Assembly: GCF_021028975.2 (NCBI RefSeq)
Contig: NC_059438.1
Location: 1,984,001-2,048,000 of the forward strand
Origin: Sphaerodactylus townsendi
Taxonomy: Eukaryota
Direction of reading: 5' to 3'
Length of the DNA: 64,000 nt
Below, piece after piece: positions 48,545 through 60,883 of the stretch (position 1 is its first letter; every line of letters starts with the position of its first letter). Under the pieces are notes generated by a model that was given only the letters and a program-made list of their open reading frames with translations, searched no databases and had not been told where the DNA came from. The position numbers and the translations under genes were made by a program.

Positions 48545-49309
48545 GATTCTGTATATGCTTAAGTATATCTTTCTGTTATATAATATTTACACTATTGCTC
48601 CCATTTCTGTTTAAATGCATGTTCAGTTTTTCTATTGATGAAATTAGCCAGTGACTTGCCATGCACTAAGCAGCATTGCTATTTTAATCAAGCATCCGAT
48701 GTGTGTTCTTCTGTCACACGTTCGACAGAGGGACTTTTCATGCAGGGAACTGTTGTGTCTTCTGGAAAGCCTGATGTTGGCAGATCATGCAACTCACATT
48801 TTAATGCATAATTTTATAATCTGCCCTACACGTCAGTTTGCCCTGTGATAGTTACAGCACATGGAAAACTATACCTAGATTTCATTTTACTGCAGATGTT
48901 TATCAGCGACAAGTTGTATAGACACTGATAAAGGCTACTCTGATCAGCAGCCTGCTGAATGCAGCAGAAGAAACTGCCAAATTCAATATCTAGTTATTAG
49001 GCTAGATCTTAGCAGCTTTTCTACTGATAAAGAGAGAGGAGGGCCCCTTTTAACCCCCAAAAATGGCATGCTGGGGAACACAGGATCTACATGGAGGAGA
49101 GTTGGGGGAGATTGAGAGGACAATCTTGTTGGATTCAACCCATTGTAAATATTTTTGGGGGGTTTCACCATGTGCCTTTCAAACAAGGATACATTTTTAA
49201 CAATGCAAAATAAATTTTCAGCAATTGAATCAACAAACGTGTGACACAAATGAATCATACATGAAATAAGTCAGTAGCTCAAGAAAGATTGTTCTTGGAA
49301 TACATACAT

Positions 49310-49345
49310 ACATAGTTTATCTACGGTCATTGACCAGCAAGATCC
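49310..49345 (-). mobile_element. LINE 3'-terminal stem-loop (RTE-X-like); the degraded body may extend to ~49740
   Basis: Reverse strand tgctggtcaatgaccgtagataaac plus (tatg)n; similar terminus at ~325-375 (tgctggtctattactgtaataaagactgattgattg). Confidence 0.4.
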
Positions 49346-50035
49346 AAAAGAATTAAAATCATAAAATTTTAGAGATATTACAAATATACAGATTAAAACA
49401 GTTAACAAAATACAGATAATAGACCTCAGGAGCTCAGAACATCAGCTCAAGATAATGAGTGGAAGGTCAGTCTAATAATAATTAATAATAAGGATTAGCT
49501 GGCAGAGCCAGTGGAGTGCTCTGTCCGGACCTTCCTGAGTTTTACTTGATATCCAAGGCAGAGCTTGGCAAGCAGAATACATTAAGATTTTTATTGAGGT
49601 ATCCTGAAGTAAGCGAGTATTTTTAACCTTTTCTTTCTTAGCCAAAGGAGTGTTTGTCTGGTCAAAGGACAGAAACATACAACGTATCTCATCATAGTAT
49701 GAGCTCTTGAAATATTATTGGTCCCATTAACAGGTCCTCCCAAAAGAACCCAAACACAGTCAAAACATTTTGACATTTTGGTATGGATGGACAAGGAGAA
49801 GAACAGAGAGTCGCAAAGCTCATAGATTTCTACCAGAGGAGGAAAAAACCCTGTTAATATTAATTAAATTGTCAACATACAATCTATCAAGCCAAATGAA
49901 AGATTTGAATCTGGGCTCAAAAGTGTCTGGGGAAAAGGACAGAGGGGCATTAACATAGCAATGACTATGTGGTCATTTTAAAACTGGACTTCTGTTGCAT
50001 ATTTTTTGCAAAGTCTCCTACAGGAGAGAAAGGTG

Positions 50036-50169
50036 NNNNNNNNNNNNNNNNNNNNNNNNNNNNNNNNNNNNNNNNNNNNNNNNNNNNNNNNNNNNNNNNN
50101 NNNNNNNNNNNNNNNNNNNNNNNNNNNNNNNNNNNNNNNNNNNNNNNNNNNNNNNNNNNNNNNNNNNNN
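50036..50169. other. Assembly gap (N run)
   Basis: 134 N immediately after the SINE 3' motif gtctcctacaggagagaaagg. Confidence 0.99.
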
Positions 50170-50221
50170 TCATAGCACCAACAGACTTTTGAGCCAAATA
50201 AGGAAATATTTGGAAACTCAA

Positions 50222-50308
50222 AGTGCAGTCCTATGCAGAATTATTCCAGTCTAAATTCATTGAGATCAATGAACATTGACTAAATTCATTCTGAGTAGGA
50301 TTGCACTG
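50222..50308. mobile_element. Short fold-back MITE (tgcaatccta...taggattgca family)
   Basis: agtgcagtcctatgcagaat...attctgagtaggattgcact; relatives at 51195-51278, ~32617-32700 and ~28125-28208. Confidence 0.65.
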
Positions 50309-51194
50309 CACTTCACCAACACATGGCAAACTACCCCTGTCTGCTTCTCTTGTCCAGTATTCCTGCCTCTAACCATCCAGCCTGAGCTGGAGGTGAACAT
50401 GTGTACAGATTGCCTGAGCATTTCCTGGCCTTATGAAGTAAATTGAGTGCAATCTGTACATGCATATTTGATTTGAACATTAATTTACGTCCAGGGGCAT
50501 TTGCTGGGTAGGAGGATGGAGCAGAAAACAAATTTGGAGTTTTGTGCTGAAGTTCATGAAGTTTTGAAGGAGCCAAAAATGACAATTTGTAAGACTTGAG
50601 AAATGGTATAAAGGAGGTTTGCACTCCCCTACGAAGTGTGCCTGAACTCATGCAATGCCAAAGTTAGATGAAAGCAGTAACCAGATTTCTGCTGAGGTGA
50701 TTATACTTAAGCCTTCCATAACTTTCAGAACCATCCCCCCCCCCCCCGAAAATATTTGTTCCATGCATTAAATTTGTATGTATTGTCTCTGTTATCTCAG
50801 CTCAAGACAGATGAAGTTATTGACTAGGCTGCACTCTTTACCATTTTTGTTCCCTCTAACACTTATTAAGTAAGTGAGAAAATATAATTGGAATTTTCTT
50901 TTGTTTTGTTTTCTAAAATTTCCCACGGTATAGTAATGAGAGGATTTTAATGTGGCTGTAATGTTGTCATTGGGGAGATTGAACTGGAAAGGCATCATGG
51001 AATGTTGTATTGGTGAGGTTTCTCCCTGCCACTTGGGTGGTTTTTGTGAGATAACGATTTGGAAGAATATTGAAGAAATGAAATTACAGAAGACATATCT
51101 GTGTTTCAAAATTAAGATTTCAACAAGGTCTGAAGAGAGACACCGATTGTGTGACATAGTGGGTAGAATATCTGATTCGGTTCTGGCAGACTTT

Positions 51195-51278
51195 CAGTGC
51201 AATCCTAGGCAGAGTTACTCCAATCTAAGTCCAGTCAAATGAATGGACTTAGGCTGAAATCTCTTTAGAATTGCACTG
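51195..51278. mobile_element. Short fold-back MITE (same family as 50222)
   Basis: cagtgcaatcctagg...ctaagtcca...tggacttag...ttagaattgcactg. Confidence 0.65.
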
Positions 51279-51589
51279 TTGACTTTGAATGCTTATTTTT
51301 ATTTTAGAAAGCTTGTGGGGTGCCTATCATGCTAGCCTCTTTATCTCTTGTCCTAACCTACTTAATGGAGTTGTTGTTGGTGATACAAGAACTACACAAT
51401 CTACCCTGAGCTGCTTATAGGAAGGTTAAAATGCAAATGTACAAGATAGACGATGGACAGACAGACAGCTAGATGTAGAACAACAACAGTGGTCTATTGT
51501 CATGGTCCAGCTGCCATGAGACAATAGAATAGTAGCATAAAATCACAGAGTGTGAGTGAATTTTTTTTGTTTATATATTTACTCATTTA

Positions 51590-51795
51590 ATTTATAATCT
51601 CTTTTTCCTTCCCAATTCGGACACAAGTGCCTTGCATCATTCATCTTTGTTTCACATCATCCTCACAACAACCCTGTGAAATAGGTTAAGTTGACAGAAT
51701 GTGACTGGCCTCAGGTCACCCAGCAAGGTTCTGCAGCAGAGTGGGAATTCCATCTCCGGTATCCTAGATCCCAGTTAGACACTCTAACTATTACT
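51590..51795 (-). mobile_element. MIR/Squam3-like SINE
   Basis: atcctcacaacaaccctgtgaaataggtt...gtgactggcctcaggtcacccagcaag...cctagatcccagttagacactctaac. Confidence 0.7.
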
Positions 51796-52069
51796 TCAGT
51801 GCAGGAAATATAAAGCTGAATAATCTCAGTGGATGGCTGATGACTCCCTTCCCTCCACAAGGTCATTGGTTCTATTTCAAATTGCTCCCAGTAGGAAGTT
51901 TCTTCTACTGCTCAATCTGCTAATCTATGAGATTGTCAACTTGACTGCATTAATGAACCAGACCAAATGACTGACGTTATAAGAAAGCAAGAGCTGCATG
52001 AGTTGCTCTTTAGTGGTATGTTTAGATCAATTAACAAAAACATTGTATTGAAATGAAGAAAGAAAGAAG

Positions 52070-52720
52070 GGCCATTTCCTTACAAGACGGTGACCATCGA
52101 AGGTGCCTCCCACGCGCTGGGAAAGAGATTCTGCCGGTGATGGCTGAAGCTTTCGCGTTGCGTATGCAGGCATGCGGGTGGCCTCTGGAAAAAGGCACGA
52201 GCAGATGGCAGGAAGTGACTGCCCGCATGGTGCGCCTCTTCCCCAGCTTCCATTTCCCATTTACCTTGCGTTAATTCGCCGTCCTGCGAGGAACCTCCCT
52301 CAACCCATACGCTGCCCTCCGACCTCCAGGGTCCGGGGAGTGACAGCGGAAGGAGGAACTTAGGGAGGCAGAACAGCAGGAGGCTGGCAATGATACATGA
52401 GGGCAAGCAAACCTGCTGTTCGGCAGATCTGGATTCGCGCAGCTCTTCCGGGAAGGCGGCTTCCCCTCAACAACAACCCTTTAAAGGGGTTGTTGTTTAG
52501 AAGCCCAACCTGGATACGCCTCTGGGAGGGGAGGCGCGCAGTCGAAGGTGCGGCGGCACTTTCGCTGCGCGCTTATAATGCTGACGGTGGCCTGCAGCGC
52601 CTGTCAATGCGAGCGGTGGCCTGCAGCATGCAATGCCCGAGCAGCTGGACTGGGGTCTGCGGCGTTTTACTCTTGCCCCCAGGCGTCGTTTTGGACCCCA
52701 CGTCGCGAGGAGAAAGGGCC
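52070..52720 (-). mobile_element. PIF/Harbinger-type MITE, family C, noisy copy inserted in a SINE tail
   Basis: Ends ggccatttcc / gaaagggcc; flanks AAG/GAG; contains aacaacaaccctttaaaggggttgttgtt and cctccgacctccaggggtc-like motifs. Confidence 0.75.
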
Positions 52721-52995
52721 GAGGAGTTTGGATTTATACCACACCTTCCTCTCCTGCAAGGAGACTCAAGGCAACTTACAAACTCCTTTTCCTTCCTCTT
52801 CCCACCACAGATACTTTATGAGGTAGGTGAGGCTGAGAGAGTTTTGAACAGATTGTGACTAACGCAAGGTCACCCAGCAGGAATGTACAAGTGGGGAAAC
52901 AAATCTGCTTTACCAGGAAAAAGTCCACCACTCATGTAGAGGAGTGGGTTCTCCAGATTAGAGTTTACCTGCTCTTAGCTACTGCATCACACTGA
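52721..52995 (-). mobile_element. Squam3-like SINE
   Basis: gagtttggatttataccac...ggagactcaaggcaacttacaaactcc...tgaggtaggtgaggctgagagag...caaggtcacccagcagg...tctccagattagag. Confidence 0.8.
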
Positions 52996-53206
52996 CAAAA
53001 TATTTTGGGTGGATAGATGCATAGCACTACACTTTTCCCCAAAAAACCTAAATTATGTGTCTCATCCTTAACTGTCCCAAAGATGGGGACGAATATTGTG
53101 GGATACCAGTGACTCCAGCAATGTTGACCAATAAACATCTACGTCAACTATTCACATATCAGAAGAATACGATTAAGCTTTATCCCAGTAGGATACATTA
53201 AACTTT

Positions 53207-53246
53207 ACACACACACACACACACATGTGCACACACACACACACGC
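53207..53246. repeat. Interrupted (CA)n microsatellite
   Basis: acacacac...atgtgcacacac. Confidence 0.9.
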
Positions 53247-55869
53247 ATAATATGAGAATCAAGGGTATTTTTTAACTTATTCCCACCTTCTCTGAAAGGT
53301 TATATTTCTCTGTAGCCAAACATTTGCTTCAGTCTCTTCAGTCATGGTTATGTGTACCATCTGAATTTGCAAGCAGTTAATTAATCAGAGATTGAACTGG
53401 ATTAATTTTCAGATCATCAGCAGATTTCACACTGCCACTCTGTGTGTTAAAGGTGTTCCACTCAAACACGAGATAAGCATATACAAAATGGTTATCAACA
53501 TCTGTCAAATGAAGGAGCAGAGAAACAAATGGTTTGCTTCAAAACACACACAAATACACACACACACAGAGCTCCATCTTGTCATTGAAGGAAAAAATCT
53601 GAATCACTTTCAAATCAGCAAATCTTGTCAAAATACTTTGTGAAAATTGCACATCTTATCTACACTGTATCCTCATAGTTAGTAAACAAATCCATTAATA
53701 TGGCTACAGAATGTCAATCACAGACACTGCCTATTAAAGGAGGTAAGGGAAAAAAACACAGACAATTATTTGGAAAAGGATTTCAAAGGATATGAGCACA
53801 GTTCATTGCAGAGCCTGATTAAAGAATATTATTGCCCATGGATTGACCTTTTTAACAGTGAAAGTCTTTCAGATAATCCAAGACTTATCCCTCATTTAGG
53901 ATTGATTGAAGTTTTAATAGCTGAATTCAGTCCCTTTTGGGGGGGAGGTATTTAGAACTAATAATCTCTTTATTTATTCTCTCTTTTTTTGAAATCTGGG
54001 TTTATTACACATTTAAATTTATTGCACCACTGTCTCTTGATAGCTAATTTGTATTTCATATCAGATTTGTTTCCTGGAGAGTGCAGAATTGCTTTTAGGA
54101 GACACTGATGGTTACTGTAAAGAGCTGTGCTTAAACTAAAAGGTACAGAATGCAATTATTTGTTCCCTAATAATAATTTCCTATACATCCCAATGTAAAA
54201 AAATCCCTCTTTGCTATCCTTTCTCTTTGTTAAATCCTGAAGGAAATGAACTTTGCCTACCCATCGAGTTTTGGTTGAATGGGATTTTCTTCATTAATAG
54301 TTGGTCTGCATCTGATTCTTTACTTTTGATTACCCTATTTACAGGGTTACCTGTGGAGTGGCCATAAATCTATCCTTCGCTTCTTCTTTTTTACCCCACA
54401 TGCAAATTGTTTGCCAATAGGAGCTATTCCTCCACCAACCTCTCTTCATGCTAGTAAATATTAGCTTTTCAAAATGGTGACATTTTGGGTTGTCATCTAC
54501 TGGCTGACACCTGGCAGAAGACTGGGGGATGGGGACTTGGGCATCATGGTTACTTCACTAGCATGAGGTCAGTTCTGGGCTAAACTGGGAAGTAATGCCA
54601 TATCACTCTAAAATTCAGCGGAATCTATGTGGACTTCTTCTGCATCCTACAATGGTGTGATGTCACTTCCGGGCTCATCTCAAAAATGGTGTCATGCCAT
54701 CAATCCAACAGAAATATATGCTGTATCTCCCCCCCCCCCATTTTTTTTCTCAGTGGGAGGAAAACTGGTCTTTTGAGCAGCTAAGATTCTCATATTTATG
54801 TCTGCGTAGCTACAAAGATAGCTCATTGATTTTTTTAAAAAAAAATAATGCTGGAATCAGCAGGACCAGCTTATTCCAACTATGTACTTTTGGGGCTGAA
54901 AAGGTGCCCAGTATTGGAGACTGCAGAGCAAACATCCTGGGGCAACCTTCAGCAAATTGTGGCAGGGAGAATCCCTTCAGTTGCGCACAAAATGTTGGGC
55001 TGGTGGTGAAACTGTCCAGAGAGCAAAGTGGTCAGGTGGATAACTGCCTCTGTTCCCCTCTGACATCTTTGCTGTCTGGAAAGCACACCAGCTGCTTCTT
55101 TTTAAGACATCCCCCAGATGTCTTATTTTGGGTGTGCGTAGTGAAAAGAAGCAGTCAACTCTTTTAAAGACATCCCACAAGCATCTTTTTTGTACTGTGC
55201 AGAATGGACTTCCTTCTGCCCTAGGAATAGGAGAAGTATCAGGGAAGTGTATCATCTGAAAAAGGCCATAATATGTTGCACTTAAGAAACAAACTTCAAC
55301 GGTAAGGAAACCTGAATGCAATGACTAAATATGTAATGAATAGACACTAAAATATTCACTTTGTAGAGCGAGCCCATTGACATGGGATCCATTAATTGTC
55401 TACCTTTGATTTTTTGATGATCTCTAATTGGGTGCAGATGATAAGTCAATGGCAGGAGCACTAGAGAAAAGTAGAACTCTGAAATTAGGAGCTGATTAGA
55501 AGAGCCAGCTCCTTTCGCCAGAGATTTTTGGTCTAATTGTCTGCTCATACTATCAAGAGTTTGCTTATAATTGTTTCAAACTAGCACAGGTGCAGTGTGA
55601 ATCTGATCATCCATCAGTGATCTCATCTCAAGTAATGGGAAACTAAGTTATGTTTGATACCCACTTTTACTAGCTCGCTATTTAAAATCAGCTAGCACAA
55701 CCCCGTGGCCATCTATCTGAATTGAAAATGGAAGATGCTTTCACACACACTGAATAATGCACTTTCAATGCACTTCAGCACTTGTTTTCAAGTATCACAC
55801 AGGAAATCTAATTGCAAAGTGTATGGAAGCTGGTTTGAAAGTACATAATGAAAAGTTGGTTTGAAAGTA

Positions 55870-56294
55870 TGTCCGGGCCAGCCGGGAGGCTGCACCTTCC
55901 CACTTGGCAATGAGTGTGCTGGCACACGTGGGCATTAGGGTGCAGCACGCTTCCTATATTAGGCAGCATGCGGTCGCCCCGGCCTTTTTCGACGCCTGGA
56001 AGCGAACTGACCCACCAGCCCTCCTGCAAGGGATGGGACTCTAGTTTTTTCATCGTCGCAGCCCTAGTGGGGGGCGGTTTGGGCAGAGAAGCGCATCTTT
56101 TGGGGGGGCAAGCTTGCATGCTTGGGGCGGGGTGGGGCGGGGCGGGCTCAGGGCGCATGCTGCAAAGGGCTCTGAAGGCAAGCCCGACCCCCCAACAGTG
56201 TGGGGGCCATGAAGAATGGGGCCCAGTACCACGTGGCCCAGTACCTCTGTCACGTGGCCCAGTACCTCTGTCCTCCCCTATAAGAATTGGGTTG
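55870..56294. mobile_element. GC-rich non-autonomous element remnant (ends gaattgggttg) with a local tandem duplication
   Basis: Abrupt GC/CpG-rich block; ggcccagtacc repeated three times at ~56220-56266; left end not identifiable. Confidence 0.4.
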
Positions 56295-57179
56295 AAGCCG
56301 GGATCAGCCAGGGATGCTGACCGGCAGATAAGATGTGCTCCTCTTGCTCATCCAGCTTTGGTATAATAATGATATTAATAATAAAGGGCTGCAGCCCATT
56401 TTCAATCCAAGCCGTGTCTGTAGTTATTACAAAGAAGCCTCTGCACACCTGGCCGCAAAATCATTTAAATGACGGAGATCAATTATCTATAAACCAAAAA
56501 CTAGCAAGGAAAAAAGTTAGTCAATTGCATATAACATCATCAATTATGAAATACAGTTTCAAAGGCACACACTTACTAGAGAGTTGTATAAAATTACATT
56601 AACTGGAGGAGACAGGGATCAAACCAGACATCCAGGCAAAGCAGATGCTTTACCACTAAGCCACATCCCCTCCTCCCAAATGCCTGCACTGATTGTCGCC
56701 ATTCTGTGAGGGACCTTTCCCTCCATAGCTATCCTCACAATGACATCACAGCCGTTTAAGCCAGTAAAGATGGCAGCCGTTGACTTTTATTTATTTCTTG
56801 GATACATTGTTTGTCAAGTTGAACTACACTGTGCATATATGCTTCCTGTTTCCACGTGTACAATATTTTCAGTTACGATAGCTATGCTCACACACACTCA
56901 CTTTATATCAAAGAGTTGCCTGCAATATACTCACTTAATGAGATTTTTATTGCCACATTTAAATCATTGGCCTTTGCATTTAAAATTGAGTGCCTGAATA
57001 AATGTGATCGCAAAGTCATTTTTCTTCCAAGCAATTATAGGACTTTTTTCTCTGTTCAATGGGGAAAAAAAGAACAAAAATTTAATCCTTCAAGAAGCAC
57101 AAAAATCTCTATCTATATATTTGTACTGCAGCCTGATTCCAAAGAACATCCATGGTTAACTGCTTCTCAATTCTGCTCG

Positions 57180-57706
57180 TGTAACCCCTGTGTCAGAATG
57201 GGATGACCCAGAAAGGGGTGGAGTCTGAAATGAAGTAGAATGCTGCAGAACTCATGAGGTTGGAGGAAGCGAGACTACCAGGCTGGGACCTTGATTGATT
57301 TTATTAAGCCCTTAACACCTTGTTTAAGGTAACTGCAATGTTGTGGGGAACTAGTGGGAAGGGAGTTTATTTTTTTGCTATATTGTAAATGTTAGCATTT
57401 ATTGTTTCAGGGTTTTTGTGTATGTAAATGGTGAGAGTTTTCTGGGAACCTTCATCATCTTGAAGCCCATTCACCAAGCCTCAGAAGTCTTCAAAACCAA
57501 CCACCAGCAAAGAAGAATTGGACTTGGCAATATCAGTAGACTGTAAATAAGGACTTGAAAATGCAAACTTAACAGGACTGCAAAGTGTAAATGTTAAATG
57601 TTTTAATAGTGTTATTTGTTAAGTAAAGTAAACTGTTTTGTTTAAATTTGGTTCTTTGCAACTCCTTCCAAGTACTGCCCCACAGAACCCACAAGCTGAG
57701 GTTACA
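57180..57706 (+). mobile_element. Solo LTR (Gypsy or ERV1 class), 527 bp
   Basis: Termini TGTAACC...GGTTACA; exact 4-bp TSD CTCG/CTCG; agtaaa poly(A)-like signal ~57622; inserted into a minus-strand SINE (cacaacaatcctgtagg...gctgaga...gtcacc). Confidence 0.85.
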
Positions 57707-58176
57707 CTCGCACAACAATCCTGTAGGGGAGATTGGGCTGAGATAGTGTCTGGTCTAAAGTCACCTACAGTGGTGGTGGAAAGTTCCATCAAGTTGCAGT
57801 AACCTCATCAATGACCCCATAGTGTTTCCAGTGCAAGAGACAGATAGAATCAGTTTGTTATTTCCTGCCCAAGAATGGCAGCCCTGAACTTCTTGGTGGT
57901 CATCCATAATATTCATATGCTGATTACCCACTGGGCAGCTGCCATCATTGTCAGCTGGAATGCAACGGGGCAAGAAATCTTGGTACATTAGAAGCCGAAG
58001 CACATTGAGGCAAAAAATCTTGACCCCATGCACTTCCTCCCTGCTGTGCACCAAGAGAGGAAGCACATTACAGGAAGATTTTTTGCCCAAGGCACTTCCT
58101 CTTGCCTCACCTGTGCTTTTTGCTTTCCCCTTGGAAAGCAAGAGCACTTCTGAAGTGACTTTTGCACCACAACAAA

Positions 58177-58581
58177 GGCCGTTTCCGCACGGAGGCAGAA
58201 GCGACTGGGTCACGCCGACCCAATGACGCTGGGACGACAGTGCTGCGGAGCGCCGTTGCCCAGCCGATCCGGCATGTCCCCAGGCCTCCGGCACGTCGCC
58301 GAGGCCTGAGGACACGCCCCCCGGCCCTGCGCGCCTGCTCCTGCGTTGCAGGGCAGGGGGGCATGCCCCAGGCCTCGGTGACATGCTGGAGGCCCGGGGA
58401 TGAGGTAAGTGCAGGGAGGGAGTGGGGGAGGGGAAGCGCTGGGAAGCCGCTGCCGTTCACACGGGGAAGCATGGTTTGGCTTGGCGCCGGTCAGGCGGAG
58501 CGAGGGTGGCGCGGCTGCGAAGCAGCTGCGCCCCCTGTGCGAATGGCACCCGTGCGGAATGGCACCCGTGCGGAAACGGCC
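58177..58581 (-). mobile_element. PIF/Harbinger-type MITE, family D (405 bp)
   Basis: Perfect TIRs ggccgtttccgcacgg / ccgtgcggaaacggcc; flanks AAA/AGA; internal hairpins; TIR-like motif reiterated three times at the right end. Confidence 0.88.
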
Positions 58582-59213
58582 AGAGCAAGGGTGGGTTGAT
58601 CTATTCTAGCTGGAGGTAATCAGCCATAGGGCAATGTAATTAAAAAGAGGAGGTTTATTGGGAGGGGGGGTGCTGATATTTTTCTTCTCCATTATTCCAT
58701 ATGAAGGATATTGTGGGGGGGGGGGCATTGAAGGAGCTGTTTAGAGCTACTAGTGCTAAAATTGCAGCAGATGTGTTGGTGTCTGTTCTTTAAATAACCC
58801 CCAGATTTCAGGTGAAATGGACCAAGAGATCTGATTCTATTGCTCCCTGAACGTGGTGCCTCCAGCCATCCTTTCTTAATTTCTACTGGGAAAATATATA
58901 CATTTTTAAAATTAAAAATAAAAACCTAAGGGTCACTGCCAATGTACAACCGAGAATAGCTCAAGCCAAACCAAATGGGAAAGCTGTTGCAAGCCTGGCA
59001 AATGCAAAATCCTGGATCCCCGCCAATGTGCAACCCAATAAAAAAATCTACAGCAATATAAAACCTGAGCATCTCAACCAATGTACAAGCTGAGAATCCA
59101 GTCCAAAAGGCAAACCTGACACAAAGCAGCAACTGCAAAGAACACAGCTTTACAAAATCAACACCACCACCAACAAAACCAATTTAAAGGGTATCATCTA
59201 ACATAAATCAACC

Positions 59214-59455
59214 NNNNNNNNNNNNNNNNNNNNNNNNNNNNNNNNNNNNNNNNNNNNNNNNNNNNNNNNNNNNNNNNNNNNNNNNNNNNNNNNNNNNNNN
59301 NNNNNNNNNNNNNNNNNNNNNNNNNNNNNNNNNNNNNNNNNNNNNNNNNNNNNNNNNNNNNNNNNNNNNNNNNNNNNNNNNNNNNNNNNNNNNNNNNNNN
59401 NNNNNNNNNNNNNNNNNNNNNNNNNNNNNNNNNNNNNNNNNNNNNNNNNNNNNNN
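59214..59455. other. Assembly gap (N run)
   Basis: 242 N. Confidence 0.99.
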
Positions 59456-59639
59456 ACCTTCAAATACTGATTTCTGATACTCCTGGTTAATGTCAAATAT
59501 TTTCAGGATTTTTAAGGATCCATTTACCAGTATCCTGGAAAATTCTGGATAACTTTTGGAGACCTGGATATATTTTTAAAATACCTGTAAATTTCAGGTA
59601 CATATTCAACTTGATTATATCTCAGTTCACATCCCTAAT

Positions 59640-59727
59640 TTCCCATCCAAGTACTAACCAGGGATGAGCATTCTTATCTTCTGAGATCTGCTGTGATCTG
59701 GGTAGCCTGGCCTATCCAGGTCAGGAC
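59640..59727 (-). mobile_element. 5S rRNA-derived SINE head
   Basis: tcccatccaagtactaaccaggg...cttctgagatctg...agcctggcctatccaggtcagg. Confidence 0.7.
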
Positions 59728-60883
59728 ATTTTTTAAATAGAAGAGGTTTTTTTTCCTATTTATAGAAGCCCTATCATTTAAAATGACAAGCTTTCTGTAA
59801 ATAGACATGCGGACTAGATGAAATAGCCCACTTCAGTTCTTGCAGTGCTGACATCAAGGGAGATAATGATATACATGATCCTCTCGATACGAGTGGTTAC
59901 CATTTTGTGTGAGTATTTCCCAGCTTCAGCCTGTGAGAATGGGAATAGAGCTTGTGAAATTGTGTGGAATCCTTCTCTGTCTTCCTTTTGAGGCAATTTA
60001 ATGACAGTGTCGAACATGCCACACCTTTTCTTGATACATTCTGATGAGATTTATTAACATCCTCATTTGCTTGTCTTCATATTCTCCCCGTGTTTTGGCA
60101 AGAATGAGCTACTGAGCTGGCATTGTTATGTCATCTGAGGATCCAGTTTAATCCTGAGAACAGCTACAGACTTCGAAGCCCAGTGACTTCAGTGTTCACC
60201 GAAGGAGATAAATCTGTTTAGAATTGCAGTGTTAATGTTGACACTCACTTTAGGGAAGACCACTGGGTTTTTAATTTGCTGGTGCTGCTGCTGCTGCTGA
60301 TTTGCTTCTTTAAGAAAATATAGCCTCACTTTAAGGTGAAAGAAGACACCCAGGGTTGTACAGCAGCTCGGTAATAACTGCATTTGGATATGCCTCATTA
60401 GATAATTTATGAATCTCTAAACCTATTTACGATTGCCATCAGCAGTAATTCATCTGATTCGCTTCAGCAAGAACTTATTATATTTGCTGAAGCCTGTTTA
60501 CCAAACTTTCTTTCTGCATTTTTTCTCCCTCTTTAAATAAAGCCAGAGTTCTTTTTTTTTTTTAGAAGGAAGTTGGGTAATTACTTTTTTAAAAAAATAG
60601 CTTCAGATTGAATTAATTAGTCAGGATTATGTTAAATTTGAAACACTCCATTGACCTGTTTCTTTCTCGTATGGCTAAAGTTGCATTTCTCTGTTCTGAT
60701 ATTTACTTTTTTTTTCTTTACAACCAGGACAATAAGGAAACCTCACACATTAAGATGAATTATATTTACTGCAGCTGTTCTTGTCCTGTTTTAAGTATGT
60801 TTCACCAATTCCTCTTTTGGGGTTTTCTTCTAAATGCCTCCAATAGTTTGCCAAATAGTTTGTTATTTTTCTTTATGTAGCAG

